Below are positions 61,791 through 64,000 of a DNA stretch of 64,000 bases, piece after piece. Source of the stretch: Felis catus (taxonomy: Eukaryota). Positions within the stretch are counted from its first letter, which is position 1, and each line of letters opens with the position of its first letter. The notes under the pieces are model-generated. The model was not told where the DNA came from. It saw only the letters and a list, made by a program, of their open reading frames with translations, and did not search any database. Location of the stretch: positions 60,080,001 to 60,144,000 of the forward strand of contig NC_058368.1 of assembly GCF_018350175.1 (NCBI RefSeq), given 5' to 3'. Both the position numbers and the translations under genes were made by a program.

Positions 61791-62329
61791 TAGTAGTTGT
61801 GGTAATGGTACTAGTGATGGTAGTGATAGAACCAGCAGCTGCAATACTGTGTGTCTTTGGGTATGATATCAAAGATTTTTGGAACCTTACAGAATCCAGA
61901 AACCCATGTTGATAATGCTATTCCCAAATGATGAGAATGGTCATAAAAATATGTTTTTTTTTATTAAAAAGACATTTTTAAACAGAATTTTTCTAGTTCC
62001 AATATTACCTAGTCAACCCATATTCCAGATTTTCTCGAATTCTTCCCAAATTGTTCTAATTAATCATGATAGACGTTTGGTTGATATTTTTCAGAATATT
62101 TTTTTACTATATCATGAAACCTCTGATTTTCAAAATTTCTCCTTTCTGTTCTTATCAATCCCTGATAGCCCATAACTACCTAATGTTTGTAAAAAAGATT
62201 TTCACTTAAATGTTGCTGATGTCTGATCCAAGGAAGACCCAACTTTCCATCATTTCCAAAAAGGATAGTGACCCTGTTCTTAATGTACATCAGAGATGGT
62301 GGCAGCAATGTGAGTATGGTGAATTCAAT

Positions 62330-62417
62330 AAATATAACCTACATAAATGAAAGCTTGGGGGGTCCCCCAAGAGTTTTAAAAATGCAAAGAGGTCCCGAGA
62401 GAAGTGAAAGTACAGTG
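62330..62417 (+). mobile_element. hAT-Charlie (Charlie1-like) terminal fragment
   Basis: TATAACCTACATAAATGAAAGCT...GGGGTCC...TTTTAAAATGCAAAGAGGTCCCGAGA resembles the Charlie1 3' terminus as I recall it. Confidence 0.55.
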
Positions 62418-64000
62418 AACATGTTGCTATATAGAGCAGAAGTTATGGAATATCCACCAGAAGAGTAAACCCCAGCCATAGGCCATGATCACTTACGTGA
62501 TTGATACTGTGGGGAGTGGCTAGTTGATGAACCTCACCTATAAAATAACTGAATTTTCATCTCCGGCATCAGATGAGCCAATCCAACAGGTATCCTTCTG
62601 TTTCCCACCACTAGTCGCTTCTATCGTGTAGCACAAAGTCCATGTGAGCCTTTAACCAAAAATGGGGAATTGGGAGGAAGATTTGGTCAATGCCACTGCC
62701 TCCATTTTCCTAAAAGTCTCGCTTTAAAACATGGTATTTGAACTGCTTATACATAGGTTGATGACCATCCTCATTCTTCAATCCTGTTAAGCCTGCTCTA
62801 TTTATCTAGTTAGTTCACATGTTATAAAAATATGAGACCAGAAGAATGTTTAGAGTTCAGTAGCTTTAATTCACAACTTTCTATATAAAAGCTCCCATTC
62901 TGGGACTTTTTGAGTTGAACTGTAAGAAGGGAATATGGTGCCCTGCATTTGTAATCCTTCCTAGCTCTAACCTTTACATATACTCTGTGCCTATGGTAGA
63001 ACCTACACTGGCTGTTCATACAATGAATAGATACCAAGAACATACATTATCACCTTTTTTAAAAATCCTAACTTTGGACATTCCTTAAATGTACAAGACA
63101 CAACTCAACTTCTACCAGACAGGAATCCACTTTACCTTTTTTTCTTCCCTAAGTTAAAAAAATACATATCCCAAGCATCTTTAATATTGCTCTTGAACAA
63201 CACATTGTGAATTTTCTTAGCCACAAAAGAGTTAAGCATTTTAGAAACTTTTGTTCTTGCATTGTGATATTGAGCTGTATATCTTTGTCTATCCACCTGT
63301 CTTTGTAATAGCATTCGCTATTTTTCTACCCACCAGCATAACCCTCGTTTTATGCAAACTTAGTTTTATCTTTAAAGGCCATAGGGACTTCCATCAATCA
63401 TTCTTGTTCCCTAATTTTCCAAACAGTAAAACCGATGGTTTCTCCTCTTCTACTTTGTTATCACAATACACTCTTGAAATCTTTAATGAGTTTTTTTTTC
63501 TAAATCTGAACTTGTTTCATGAAACAAAACATTTTATGTTGCAGCTGAGTAGCAACTCCCCTTATTAAATAAAACTAGTGATGTTCTGCAATAAATAATA
63601 GTTTAAGCAAATTTTCATATAAATGGAAGTAATAGATAGTAGAGGGGTGGGCTGTTCATTCAACAAGGTGTCCTTAGAAAAGTAGCCAGTATTTTCATAC
63701 CACATGTCTTCCCTATAAACATTTTTAATAATCTTATTGGTAGGAACAAAGCACTTAGACTGTTTCTATGAAATGTATGGCTTCTATTTTTGCAAGGATA
63801 ATGTTTAGATTTAAAAAATAAATTCAAAGGGTAATTTGAGGTCAATGGCTCTGTTGCATGACAAACAAGAACCTCCTATATTTTGTCTTGTTTTTTTGTG
63901 TGTGTGGTTTTTTGTTTGTTTGCTTGTTATTGTTTTTTGTTGTTGTTGTTTTTTTACCTTTCCTATAGAAATAGAGTCCACAACATTTTAGTGAGGATGT

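Overview
AT-rich, CpG-poor mammalian genomic DNA. The many tRNA-derived Can-SINEs of feline type (GGGGCGCCTGGGTGGCTCAG...GCCTGGAGCCTG...(CT)n-polyA) and carnivore LINE-1 3' ends point to a cat-family genome. I recognise no intact protein-coding gene, RNA gene or prokaryote-type system. The listed ORFs are broken L1 ORF2 pieces, SINE/LTR read-throughs or chance ORFs. The window looks like intronic or intergenic DNA containing: a nested, rearranged L1 cluster (1-5276); 18 Can-SINE-type insertions, many with readable target-site duplications (TSDs); several solo LTRs (ERV1-like, ERVL MER74-like, MaLR, and one 784-bp LTR with a 6-bp TSD); ancient L1M, L2, MIR and hAT remnants; and microsatellites. 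The best leads are (i) a TSD-bounded, three-part inverted L1 insertion whose inverted arm duplicates the host region it landed in, (ii) a candidate minus-strand spliced transcript with a CRE/CCAAT/TATA promoter near 54 kb and a 99-nt exon at 38554-38652, (iii) a candidate 27-nt plus-strand microexon, (iv) a head-to-head fold-back LTR pair, and (v) several template-switch-type palindromes. Repeat family names come from my recall of consensus sequences, not from a database search, and boundaries of old repeats are approximate.
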